NCBI GenBank assembly: GCA_045403135.1
Contig: JAXIPC010000009.1
Coordinates: 6,014 to 70,013 of the forward strand
Length of the DNA: 64,000 nt
Origin: Gemmatimonadales bacterium
Lineage (GTDB): Bacteria; Gemmatimonadota; Gemmatimonadetes; Gemmatimonadales; GWC2-71-9
Direction of reading: 5' to 3'
Shown in pieces: positions 18,072 to 26,962 of the stretch. Under the pieces are notes generated by a model, which saw nothing but the letters and a program-made list of their open reading frames with translations, was not told the origin of the DNA and ran no database searches. The translations under genes and the position numbers were made by a program. Position 1 is the stretch's first letter. Each line of letters begins with the position of its first letter.

Positions 18072-19009
18072 GCGAAATGATCGTATCCGCCGGGAGCCAC
18101 CGGCCGGCCGTCGAGCGCGAAGGTGACGCCGGCACCGGGACCGAACTCGCCGATCCGGGTGAGCGACAACTCGGCCGTTCCGGCGAACTCCGCCGGCATC
18201 GCCGCCAGCAGCTCGTAGTCTTCACCGCCCCATGCCGCGAACAGCGCGGGACGCTGTCCCGTGAGCGCGGCCTCGGCGCGGGCGGCTTGGTGCAGCGGCA
18301 GCTGGGCGAGCTCGATCCGAAGCGCCAGACTCGACGCGGCGGCGAGGTGACCCGCATCCGCGCCCAAACCGTCGCTCAGGTCCATCAGGGCGGTGGCGCC
18401 GTGATTCGCCAGCCAGCGGCCAGCGGGCAACCGGGGCACCGGGCGGGCGAAGCGCTCCCGCGCGGCGGAACCCGGCGCGCGACCAGCGCTCCAGGCGGCG
18501 AGCGCCGCACGCGCACCGCCCAGCTCGCCGGTGACCCAGAGCCCGTCACCTGCTCGGGCACCGCGCCGCGAAATCCCCGGCGCGGAGCGTCCCACCACGG
18601 TCACCGCGAGCGACATCGCCTCTCCTCGGGACAGATCCCCGCCGAGCACGAGACCGCCCACCGACTCGACCGCGGCGTCGACGCCCCGCATCACCGAGGC
18701 GAACGTCTCCTCCGGTTCCCTGGCGTTGGCCGTGAACGCCACCAGGACGCCGACACAATCGGCGGCCGCCGCGGCCAGATCGGAAAGGGCGCTCGCGGTG
18801 GAGCGCCAGCCGATTTCCTCGAGGGATAGCCAGTCCCGCCGGAAGTGAACGCCTTCGACGCTGACATCGGTGCTGAGGGCCAAGAGCTCACCGCCGACCG
18901 GCACCAGCGCCACGTCGCCGCCCAGCGCGCTCGCCCGCGGCCCCAGCACGTTTACAATGGCCCGGATGCGGTCGAACTCGGGGCCGCCGGCCAGCGGGAG
19001 CGGCGTCAC
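18068..19009 (-). CDS. thiL: thiamine-monophosphate kinase
   Basis: AIR-synthase-like fold signature: EFDRI...STDVSVEGVHF, ALSDLAA and later GDDYELL-like GGEDYELL. Confidence 0.85.
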   Translation of the reverse strand: MTPLPLAGGPEFDRIRAIVNVLGPRASALGGDVALVPVGGELLALSTDVSVEGVHFRRDWLSLEEIGWRSTASALSDLAAAAADCVGVLVAFTANAREPEETFASVMRGVDAAVESVGGLVLGGDLSRGEAMSLAVTVVGRSAPGISRRGARAGDGLWVTGELGGARAALAAWSAGRAPGSAARERFARPVPRLPAGRWLANHGATALMDLSDGLGADAGHLAAASSLALRIELAQLPLHQAARAEAALTGQRPALFAAWGGEDYELLAAMPAEFAGTAELSLTRIGEFGPGAGVTFALDGRPVAPGGYDHFA

Positions 19010-19015
19010 CGACGG

Positions 19016-20578
19016 CTACACCCGGGCCGGTGCCGGCAGCTCGTGGAGGATCGGCGGGCGGGCCGGGGCCGGCATCCGCCGCACCAGGTCCCAGTGACGC
19101 CAGATGTCGGGCAGCGCCGCCAGCAGGTCCATCGGCCGCATCGAACGGGCGCTGGTACGCCGGGCGGCCAGGTCCGCGCCCTCGCCCAGCGCCACCGCGG
19201 CGGTTGCCGCGGCAAGCACGTGGTCTTCGCCTTGTGCCGCCATCGCGGCGATAAGGCCGGAGAGGGTATCGCCGCTGCCGCCGGTGGCCAGGCCAGGGTT
19301 TCCCGCGGCCACGGTCAGCGCGCACCGGCCCGGCGTGGCAATGACCGTCGGCACGCCCTTGAGGAGGACCGTGGCACCGGCTCGCGCGGCGGCCGCTTCC
19401 GCCGCGCCCCAGGGATCCACGTCCACCAGCGACGCCTCCTCGGGGAAGAGCCCGCGAAACTCGCCGGCATGCGGTGTCAGGATGGCGTGCCGCCCGGCGA
19501 GCGCAGCCCGGAGCCGTTCTACCTGTCCTGCGAACGCGACCAGGGCATCGGCATCCAGGATCAGAGCGGCGCTCGCGGAAACCGCCGCGATGGCGGCGAT
19601 GATGAAGTCGGGACGCGAGGCCTTGCGTCCGAGTCCGGGCCCGATCACCACCGCGTCCCCCCGGGTGAGGAGGGAGACGGTCCGTCCGGAGGGCATCGCT
19701 TCGAAAGGCTGGGCGCAGGTTTGCAGGTCGGGCTCGGCGGACGCCGCGACGGTGACCGACCCCGCCGGCGCCACCAGGTGCACGAGCCCCGCTCCGGCCG
19801 CAAACGCGGCGCGAGCCGAGAGCCGGGCTGCGCCGAGCATCCCGTCGTCGCCCCCGACCACGATCACGCGTCCGCGGGTGCCCTTCTGCGAGTCGGCGGG
19901 GAACGGCGCCAGGTGTGCCGCGGCGGCCGACTCGGTGAACAGCGCCGGCCACGCCGACTCCGGCGACGGCAACCCGATATCCACCACCACGAGATCGCCC
20001 ACCTCGTCGCGCGCCAGAAGGTGGCCGCGCCGATACCCTCCGAAGGTGATGCTGAGCGCGGCGCGAAGCGGGCCCCGCTGGACCCCGTCGTCGAGCCCGA
20101 GTCCGCTCGGCCCGTCAATTCCGACGATCGGCGCCTCGAGGTCAGCCAGGCGCGGCAGGAGCACCGCCACCGCTCCTCGTGGCGCGCCCACGGCCCCGGT
20201 GCCCAGGAGCGAATCCACCACCAGTCCGGTGTTGGGCCAGGGACCGTCGGGAGCCACGTCCCGAACCCCGGCCTCATGGGCAAGGAGGGCCTGGGCTCGG
20301 GACAGCTCACCGGACGGCCGCGCCGGTGCCGTGACCCACACCGGCACGCCGGCCGCGTGGAGCGCGCGCGCGATGACCCAGCCGTCACCACCATTGTTGC
20401 CCGGCCCCGCCGCCACCAATACGCCCTGCCGGAGCCGGTCGGAGAAGCGCGCCGCGAGCACCGCCGCGGCGGCGCGTCCAGCGCATTCCATGAGGGCGGC
20501 AAGGGAGATGCCCTGAGATTCGGCGCGGCGGTCCCACGCGGCGGCCTGGCTGGAGGTAAGGACGGGGATGGTTGTCAT
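19016..20578 (-). CDS. nnr: bifunctional NAD(P)H-hydrate repair enzyme (epimerase / ADP-dependent dehydratase)
   Basis: N-terminal YjeF_N (GPGNNGGDG) and C-terminal carbohydrate-kinase-like domain (GGSGDTLSG). ATG 20578 (MTTIPVLT) chosen over the longer track start. Confidence 0.85.
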   Translation of the reverse strand: MTTIPVLTSSQAAAWDRRAESQGISLAALMECAGRAAAAVLAARFSDRLRQGVLVAAGPGNNGGDGWVIARALHAAGVPVWVTAPARPSGELSRAQALLAHEAGVRDVAPDGPWPNTGLVVDSLLGTGAVGAPRGAVAVLLPRLADLEAPIVGIDGPSGLGLDDGVQRGPLRAALSITFGGYRRGHLLARDEVGDLVVVDIGLPSPESAWPALFTESAAAAHLAPFPADSQKGTRGRVIVVGGDDGMLGAARLSARAAFAAGAGLVHLVAPAGSVTVAASAEPDLQTCAQPFEAMPSGRTVSLLTRGDAVVIGPGLGRKASRPDFIIAAIAAVSASAALILDADALVAFAGQVERLRAALAGRHAILTPHAGEFRGLFPEEASLVDVDPWGAAEAAAARAGATVLLKGVPTVIATPGRCALTVAAGNPGLATGGSGDTLSGLIAAMAAQGEDHVLAAATAAVALGEGADLAARRTSARSMRPMDLLAALPDIWRHWDLVRRMPAPARPPILHELPAPARV

Positions 20579-20585
20579 CGAAGAA

Positions 20586-20663
20586 GTGACCTGTGACCTG
20601 TGACCTGTGAGCTGTTCTTCCGCCACAAGTCACTGGTCACTGGTTACGGGTCACTGGTTACTG
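20586..20663. repeat. period-7 micro-tandem repeat arranged as imperfect inverted arms
   Basis: Left arm is GTGACCT x3 plus GTGAGCT (20586..20613). Right arm is GTCACTG/GTTACGG/GTTACTG x5 (20629..20663). The arms are complementary at 6 of 7 positions. The element fills the spacer between gene 20651..21046 and nnr. Confidence 0.85.
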
Positions 20664-21046
20664 CCTCCAGGAACGCCCTGCCACTCATAGCCCTCATCAA
20701 ACGCCTGCTCAAACCGGTAGACGCCGTGAAAATCCTCTACCCGGTCGCCCGGCTGAGTGACCAGCAGCCCGACCTCCACCAGCGCGTACACGATGCAGCC
20801 GAAATCGGCGGTGCCGCGAACGCCCCAGTGCTCCAGGACGGTGCGGGCGAGCAAACCGTATTGCTCCAGCGCGAAATCCCGGCAGGCGAGGGTGAGCTCG
20901 GGGCCGGTCACGTGGCGCCGCTCCGGCAGCTTGCTCTGGAGGTACTCGATGCTGGCCAGCATAAACAGGAAGGCGCGCTCGTCGTAGCGGCCGCCGTGCT
21001 GCCGAATCCGCTCGAGGATCTCACCCGCAAAGCGCAGCTCGTTCAT
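20651..21046 (-). CDS. conserved hypothetical protein (from memory resembles the Minf_1886/TIGR04138-type family)
   Basis: 131 aa with plausible codon usage and an ATGA overlap with the glyA stop. The last codons (SNQ*) are encoded by the period-7 repeat. Confidence 0.55.
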   Translation of the reverse strand: MNELRFAGEILERIRQHGGRYDERAFLFMLASIEYLQSKLPERRHVTGPELTLACRDFALEQYGLLARTVLEHWGVRGTADFGCIVYALVEVGLLVTQPGDRVEDFHGVYRFEQAFDEGYEWQGVPGGSNQ

Positions 21047-22320
21047 CCGGCGGCCGCCATGGCGCGCAGCGGGGCGCGCTCATACAGGGGGAATCCGCCG
21101 GCCAGCTCCTCCACCTCGCCCCGGACCCGATGGACGGTGGCATCGTCCCGGTGGGTGAGCACCTCGTCGATCAGCTCCGCGATGCGCTCCATCTCCGGCT
21201 CGCCCATGCCCCGGGTGGTGAGCGCCGGCGTGCCGAGCCGGATGCCGCTGGTCACGAAGGGCGACTGGGGGTCGTCGGGAATCGTGTTCTTGTTGACGGT
21301 GAGCCCGGAGCGCACCAGCAGCTCCTCGCCCGCTTTGCCGGTGAGGCCCTTGGGGCGCAGGTCCACCAGCATGACGTGGGTGTCGGTGCCCCCCGAGACG
21401 ATGGCAAAGCCGCGGTCCGCGAGCGACTGCGCCAGTCGCTGGGCATTGGCCACCACCTTGCGCGAGTAAGTCTTGAACGAGGGCTCCAGTGCCTCCGCGA
21501 ACGCCACCGCTTTGGCGGCGATGATGTGCATCAGGGGGCCGCCTTGGGTTCCCGGGAAGACCGACTTGTCCACCACCTTGGCCAGGCCGGCGCCACAGAG
21601 GATCAAGCCGCCCCGGGGACCCCGCAACGTCTTGTGGGTGGTGGTCGTGACGATGTGCGCGTGCGGGACCGGCGAGGGGTAGACCCCGCCCGCCACCAAC
21701 CCTGCGAAATGCGCCATGTCCACCAGGAACGATGCACCGACCTCGTCCGCGATGCTTCGGAACGCCGCGAAGTCGATGATTCTCGAATAGGCGCTGCCCC
21801 CCGCGATGATCAGCCTGGGCCGCTGCTCCCGGGCCAGTGCCCGGACCTGCTCGTACTCGATGAGGCCGGTGCCGGGATTCACGCCGTAGTGGCTGGCGCG
21901 CCAGATCACTCCGCTGTGGTTGACCGAGTGACCGTGTGACAGGTGCCCTCCATGGGGCAGCGACATGGCGAGCAGCAGCTCGCCCGGCTTGGCCAGCGCC
22001 ATGAAGGCCGCGAAGTTGGCTTGCGCCCCCGCGTGGGCCTGCACATTCGCGTGCTCGGCGTCGAAGAGCTTTCGGGCCCGGTCGATCGCGATCCGCTCGA
22101 CTTCGTCCACCACCTCGCAGCCGCCGTAGTAGCGCTTGCCCGGGTACCCCTCCGCGTACTTGTTGGTGAGCGGCGTGCCCATCGCATCGATCACCGCGCG
22201 GGAGGCGAAGTTCTCGCTGGCGATCAGCTCCAGCCCGTCACGCTGACGCTCCAGCTCCCGGTCTACCAGACGGGCGATCGCCGGGTCGGCGTCACGCAGC
22301 GGGGCGTTGTGATCAGGCAT
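21043..22320 (-). CDS. glyA: serine hydroxymethyltransferase
   Basis: [14 protein letters not shown] and [14 protein letters not shown] (PLP lysine) motifs. ATG 22320 chosen (MPDHNAPL). Confidence 0.95.
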   Translation of the reverse strand: MPDHNAPLRDADPAIARLVDRELERQRDGLELIASENFASRAVIDAMGTPLTNKYAEGYPGKRYYGGCEVVDEVERIAIDRARKLFDAEHANVQAHAGAQANFAAFMALAKPGELLLAMSLPHGGHLSHGHSVNHSGVIWRASHYGVNPGTGLIEYEQVRALAREQRPRLIIAGGSAYSRIIDFAAFRSIADEVGASFLVDMAHFAGLVAGGVYPSPVPHAHIVTTTTHKTLRGPRGGLILCGAGLAKVVDKSVFPGTQGGPLMHIIAAKAVAFAEALEPSFKTYSRKVVANAQRLAQSLADRGFAIVSGGTDTHVMLVDLRPKGLTGKAGEELLVRSGLTVNKNTIPDDPQSPFVTSGIRLGTPALTTRGMGEPEMERIAELIDEVLTHRDDATVHRVRGEVEELAGGFPLYERAPLRAMAAAG

Positions 22321-22762
22321 CCGGTCGAGCCTCCTCGATCTTTGCCACCCGGCGCGCGTGCCGCCCGCCGGCAAAGGGCGTGCTGAGCCATTCCCTGAGA
22401 ATCGTCACGCCTTGCTCCTCGTCCAGAAAGCGGGCGGGCAGCACCAGGACGTTGGCGTCGTTGTGCTCCCGCGCCAGATGCGCGATCTCCGGCGTCCACG
22501 CGACGGCCGCACGCACCCCGGGGTGGCGGTTGGCCGCGTAGCTCATGCCGAGTCCGGTGCCGCAGAGCAGCACGCCGCGGGTGTTCTCGCCGGTTTCGAC
22601 GCGCTCCGCCACCCGATGGGCAAAGTCGGGGTAGTCCACCGACTCATCGCTGTAGGTCCCTACATCGATGGGCCGATACCCGAGCGATGCCAGCTCCTTC
22701 ACCAGCCGTTCCTTGAGCTGGAATCCCGCGTGATCGGCGCCGATGGGGATGGCCTCTGCCAT
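22313..22762 (-). CDS. rpiB: ribose-5-phosphate isomerase B
   Basis: [14 protein letters not shown] ... [15 protein letters not shown] pattern of the RpiB/LacAB family. Confidence 0.9.
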   Translation of the reverse strand: MAEAIPIGADHAGFQLKERLVKELASLGYRPIDVGTYSDESVDYPDFAHRVAERVETGENTRGVLLCGTGLGMSYAANRHPGVRAAVAWTPEIAHLAREHNDANVLVLPARFLDEEQGVTILREWLSTPFAGGRHARRVAKIEEARPDA

Positions 22763-22840
22763 ACGTCTCCAATCTAAGGCGAGATAGCTCCGCGGCTAGG
22801 CGACAGACGGCTGAAAGCGCGAACGGTCGGGAATCCGGTT

Positions 22841-23908
22841 CTAGCCCCGGCCGTCAACCCACATCCGGCGCAACCCGCGCACCGAAGCGAGCCGCTCCTC
22901 CGCCAGGCGATCGGCCGCCTCGAACGATGGGATCCCGTCCCGCCGGGCGATCGCGAACACCTTGAGAATGGCGTCGTAGATTTCCCCCGCCTTCCGCTTG
23001 GCCCGCTCTATCGGCCAGCTCTCCAGCTCGCCGTAGACATTGATCAGGCCGCCGGCGTTGATCACGAAGTCGGGAGCGTACAGCATTCCTTTTTTCTCGA
23101 GCTCGACGCCGTGCCGGTCCTCGGCCAGCTGGTTGTTGGCGCCGCCGGCGACAATGGCCACCTTGAGCCGCTTGAGGGTATCGTCGTTGATGGTGGCGCC
23201 GAGCGCGCAGGGCGCGTAGATGTCACCGGGCTGATCGTAAATCGCGTCAGGGGCCACGGCGCGGGCGCCGAACTCGTCCACTGCCCGCTTGACCTTGGCG
23301 GCGTCGATGTCGGTCACCACGATGGCGGCGCCGTCCTGGTGCAGGTGCGAACAGAGATGGTAGGCCACTTTGCCGGCACCCTGCACCAGCACCGTCTTCC
23401 CGGCCAGGTTGTCCTTGCCCCAGCGCTGCATGGCGGCGGCCTTCATGCCCATGTAGACACCGTAGCTGGTGACCGGCGAGGGATCGCCCGAGAGATTCTG
23501 CAGGCCGGCCACATGCGCGGTTTCACTCCGCACGTACTCCATGTCGGCGGGCGAAGTGCCGATGTCCTCGGCCGTGATGTAGCGACCACCGAGCGATTCG
23601 ACGAAACGGCCGTGTGCGCGGAACAGCGGCTCGCGGTCGCTTCGCTTGTTGTCCCCGATGATCACCGACTTGCCGCCACCCAGGTCCAGCCCCGCCACCG
23701 CAGCCTTGTAGGTCATGCCCCGCGCCAGCCGGAGCACATCGGTCAGCGCTTCGTCGGCCGAGGCATAGTGCCAGAAGCGGGTGCCGCCCAGCGCCGGCCC
23801 CAGGGTGGTGTCGTGAATGGCGATGATACCGAGATATCCGCACGACGGCTCATGGCAGAAGACGACCTGCTCGTGGCCCCAGCCTTTCATCTCTCCGAGA
23901 ACGTCCAT
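22841..23908 (-). CDS. leucine dehydrogenase (Glu/Leu/Phe/Val dehydrogenase family)
   Basis: IAIHDTTLGPALGGTRFW, LARGMTYKAAVAGLDLGGGKSVIIGD and the GAGKVA Rossmann motif. Confidence 0.88.
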   Translation of the reverse strand: MDVLGEMKGWGHEQVVFCHEPSCGYLGIIAIHDTTLGPALGGTRFWHYASADEALTDVLRLARGMTYKAAVAGLDLGGGKSVIIGDNKRSDREPLFRAHGRFVESLGGRYITAEDIGTSPADMEYVRSETAHVAGLQNLSGDPSPVTSYGVYMGMKAAAMQRWGKDNLAGKTVLVQGAGKVAYHLCSHLHQDGAAIVVTDIDAAKVKRAVDEFGARAVAPDAIYDQPGDIYAPCALGATINDDTLKRLKVAIVAGGANNQLAEDRHGVELEKKGMLYAPDFVINAGGLINVYGELESWPIERAKRKAGEIYDAILKVFAIARRDGIPSFEAADRLAEERLASVRGLRRMWVDGRG

Positions 23909-23916
23909 GGTCCCTC

Positions 23917-23988
23917 TCAGGGATCAGGAATCAGGAGTCAGGTGTCAGAGTACTACCTGACCCCTGACCCCTGAATCCTGACCCCTAG
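23917..23988. repeat. period-7 micro-tandem repeat arranged as inverted arms
   Basis: Left arm is TCAGGNN x4 plus TCAGAG (23917..23950). Right arm is CCTGANN x4 plus CCTAG (23956..23988). The 5-bp cores are complementary. Fills almost the whole hbd-to-ldh spacer. Confidence 0.85.
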
Positions 23989-24827
23989 TAGGTGTAGAAT
24001 CCCCGCCCGCTCTTCCGTCCCAGGTGTCCTGCCGCCACCATCTTCCGGAGCAGCGGGCAGGGCCGGTACTTCGGATCACCCAGTCCCCGGTGCATCACCT
24101 CGAGAATCGCAAGGCACACGTCGAGTCCGATGAAGTCGGCCAGGGCCAGCGGCCCCATCGGGTGTGCCATTCCGAGCTTCATCACGGTGTCGACCGCCTC
24201 GGGCGTGGCGACGCCTTCCATGACGGCGAACATCGCTTCGTTCAGCATGGGCATCAGAATCCGGTTGGCCACGAATCCGGGGTAGTCGTTCACCTCGACC
24301 GGCGTCTTGCCCAGCGCCTTGGCCACCTCAAGCGTGCGGTGCGTCGTGGCGTCCGACGTCGCGTGGCCGCGGATCACCTCGACCAGCTGCATCACCGGCA
24401 CCGGATTCATGAAGTGCATGCCGATCACCTGCGCAGGCCGGTTGGTCCGGGCGGCGATTTCCGTGATGGAGATCGAGCTGGTATTGCTCGCCAGGATGGC
24501 TTCGGGCCGCGTCACCCGGTCCAGGGTGCGGAAGATCTCGAACTTGAGCTCGGGCCGCTCGGTGGCGGCCTCCACCACGAGCTCGGCGCCCGATGCCGCC
24601 TCGAGCGCGGTCGAGCTCGCGATACGGCCCAGGATGGCTCCCGGCGCGTCCGCGGCAATGGTGCCCTTCTTCACCTGGCGCTCGAGATTGGCCGTGATGG
24701 CGGCGACGCCGTGCCGTAGCGCCTCCTCCGACACGTCGACCAGCGTCACGCTCCAGCCGTGCTGAGCGAACACGTGGGCGATTCCGTTGCCCATCGTGCC
24801 CGCGCCCACTACGCCCACCTGGCTCAC
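23985..24827 (-). CDS. hbd: 3-hydroxybutyryl-CoA dehydrogenase
   Basis: [19 protein letters not shown]-binding motif and the downstream [13 protein letters not shown] motif. GTG 24827 forms a GTGA overlap with the CPBP gene stop. The track ORF is over-extended. Confidence 0.88.
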   Translation of the reverse strand: MSQVGVVGAGTMGNGIAHVFAQHGWSVTLVDVSEEALRHGVAAITANLERQVKKGTIAADAPGAILGRIASSTALEAASGAELVVEAATERPELKFEIFRTLDRVTRPEAILASNTSSISITEIAARTNRPAQVIGMHFMNPVPVMQLVEVIRGHATSDATTHRTLEVAKALGKTPVEVNDYPGFVANRILMPMLNEAMFAVMEGVATPEAVDTVMKLGMAHPMGPLALADFIGLDVCLAILEVMHRGLGDPKYRPCPLLRKMVAAGHLGRKSGRGFYTY

Positions 24828-25666
24828 GTGGTGCTCCCCCGAATCGTTCGACGCCCCACCACAATCGCCCCGGCGGCCAGGCACAGCGAAGCGAACAGGC
24901 CGCCTTCGGGACCGAAACCACCGCCGGTGAGCCACGCCGGGCCGCGCATGATGTAATCGAGCCATGGGATCGGCAGCAGCAGCCCGCTCACCGGCGCCGC
25001 CAGACCCGCCAAGGCCAGGTTCCACCCGAAGTGGGCGCCCGTGGCGGTCCAGAGCCCTCCAGGCGTGAAGAACGCCAGGCCGAGGAACACGCCGGCCAGG
25101 GCGATGTTGGCCACCGCGAGCAGCGAGACGCCCTCGTTCAGCAGGTGCGCACCGGCGAAGAGGACGGCGAGCCCCAGGAGCGCGAGCCCGCGCCCGAAGG
25201 CCCTGGAGAGCGCCACCAGCGGCACACCGCGAAAGATCAGCTCCTCAACGAACGCCGCGGGCAGGAGGAGGACACCGGTCACGCCGATCGCGCCGAACCA
25301 GCCCATCACGGTCCCCCCATCTTCCTGCCATTCGGCCTTGCCGAGCGCCACCGCCGCCGCCATTGCCGACGCGGCCAGCACCGTGCCAAGCAGAAACCCG
25401 CGCCCGAATCCCCGGATCCCCTGCCGCACCGGCACCAGCCCGAAATCCGCCGCGGAGAGCTTGAGCGCGCGCCGTCCCACCAGCCAGGTCAAGGCAACGA
25501 AGACCGCGAGCAACACGAGGGTCTGCATCGCTACGAGCGAAAGCGCCCCACCGGTCAGAGCGGGGCGCGTGAGGGACGCGATCAACAGGATCAGCGACAG
25601 CGAAAGGGCGTACCCCCCACCAAGGAATACCAGAGACCAAACGACCGCCTTGAGGCGGACGGTCAA
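24824..25666 (-). CDS. CPBP family (CAAX-type) intramembrane glutamic endopeptidase
   Basis: Multi-TM protein with EELIFRG, FAGAHL and HFGWN motifs. TTG start in a TTGA overlap with the thiolase stop. Confidence 0.8.
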   Translation of the reverse strand: MTVRLKAVVWSLVFLGGGYALSLSLILLIASLTRPALTGGALSLVAMQTLVLLAVFVALTWLVGRRALKLSAADFGLVPVRQGIRGFGRGFLLGTVLAASAMAAAVALGKAEWQEDGGTVMGWFGAIGVTGVLLLPAAFVEELIFRGVPLVALSRAFGRGLALLGLAVLFAGAHLLNEGVSLLAVANIALAGVFLGLAFFTPGGLWTATGAHFGWNLALAGLAAPVSGLLLPIPWLDYIMRGPAWLTGGGFGPEGGLFASLCLAAGAIVVGRRTIRGSTT

Positions 25667-26850
25667 AGCGCCTCGACCGCCAGTGCCACGGCATTGCCGC
25701 CGCCCAGGCAGAGCGTCGCAAGGCCGGTCGAGACCTTTCGGTCCCGCATCGCGTACAGCAGCGTGGTGAGCACCCGTGCCCCGCTTGCCCCGATCGGATG
25801 TCCCAGCGCGATCGCGCCGCCATGCACGTTCACCCGGTCCCAGTCCCAGCCGATGGCACGGCCGTCGGCAAGCGCCTGCACCGCGAATGCTTCGTTGGCC
25901 TCGATCAGCCCGTAGTCGGCAATGGTGCCGCCGGTTTTCTTGAGGAGGTTCTTCACCGCTTCGATCGGGGCGAAGAACAGATCCTTGGGGTCGCCCCCAC
26001 CGGTCGCGTAGGCGATGATCCTCGCCATGGGGGCGAGTCCATTGGCCTTTGCGAACGCCAGCGACGCGACCACCAGCGCGCTGGCGCCGTCGTTGAGCCC
26101 CGGCGCATTGCCCGCCGTGACCGTGCCGTCCTTCTGGAACACCGGCTTGAGCTTGGCCAGCGTGGCGACGGTGGTGTCCTTTCGCGGGCCTTCGTCCTGC
26201 GAAATGGTCGCCGGGCCTCCCTTGCCGGGAACCTCGACCGGCACGATCTCCGCGGCAAACCTGCAGGCCTCCATCGCCGCCACCGCCTTGCGGTGGCTGT
26301 GGAACGCGAATTCGTCCTGCTCAGCGCGAGTGATGCCGGCCTTCTCGGCGGTGTATTCCGCGTAGGAGCCCATGTGCACGCTGCCGAAGGAATCCCACAA
26401 TCCGTCATGGATCATTCCGTCCAGCACCGTCTGGTTGCCGGCCTTGATGCCGCCGCGGAGCCCGAAGAGATAATGGGGTGAGGCGCTCATCGCCTCCATT
26501 CCACCCGCCACCACGCACTGCGCGTCACCCGCCTTGACGGACTGTGCCGCGAGCATCACGGCCTTGAGGCCGGAGCCGCAGACCTTGTTGATGGTGACCG
26601 CGGGAATGGTGCCGGACAGCCCAGCGTGGATCATGGCCTGGCGCCCCGATGCCTGACCGGCTCCGCCCTGCAGCACGTGCCCCAAGATCACGTCGTCGAC
26701 GGCGCCGGGTGCGGCACCCGAGCGCCGCAGCGCCTCCCGCACGACGATCGCGCCGAGTTGTGGGGCGGTGAGCGAGGACAGACCGCCCAGGTACTTGCCG
26801 ATGGGAGTCCGGCAGGCGGAGAGGATGACTGGAGTTGTTGCGTCGGACAC
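25663..26850 (-). CDS. acetyl-CoA C-acetyltransferase (thiolase II)
   Basis: ACRTPIGKY, VNKVCGSGLKA (active Cys), NVHGGAIALGHPIGASG and the terminal CLGGG. GTG 26850 gives a typical 395 aa length. The track ORF is over-extended by 200 codons. Confidence 0.92.
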   Translation of the reverse strand: MSDATTPVILSACRTPIGKYLGGLSSLTAPQLGAIVVREALRRSGAAPGAVDDVILGHVLQGGAGQASGRQAMIHAGLSGTIPAVTINKVCGSGLKAVMLAAQSVKAGDAQCVVAGGMEAMSASPHYLFGLRGGIKAGNQTVLDGMIHDGLWDSFGSVHMGSYAEYTAEKAGITRAEQDEFAFHSHRKAVAAMEACRFAAEIVPVEVPGKGGPATISQDEGPRKDTTVATLAKLKPVFQKDGTVTAGNAPGLNDGASALVVASLAFAKANGLAPMARIIAYATGGGDPKDLFFAPIEAVKNLLKKTGGTIADYGLIEANEAFAVQALADGRAIGWDWDRVNVHGGAIALGHPIGASGARVLTTLLYAMRDRKVSTGLATLCLGGGNAVALAVEAL

Positions 26851-26884
26851 GGGGTGCTCGGTTGAGGTTGTAGAAGGAAACCTA

Positions 26885-26962
26885 GACGGGAGGACTGGAA
26901 GACGGGAGGACGGGAGGACGGGAAGATCATCCCGTCTTCCCGTCGTCCCGCCTTCCCGCCCT
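26885..26962. repeat. period-8 micro-tandem repeat arranged as inverted arms
   Basis: Left arm is GACGGGAG/GACTGGAA x5 (26885..26924), loop GATCAT, right arm is CCCGTCTT/CCCGTCGT/CCCGCCTT/CCCGCCCT (26931..26962). Lies in the thrS-to-thiolase spacer. Confidence 0.85.
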
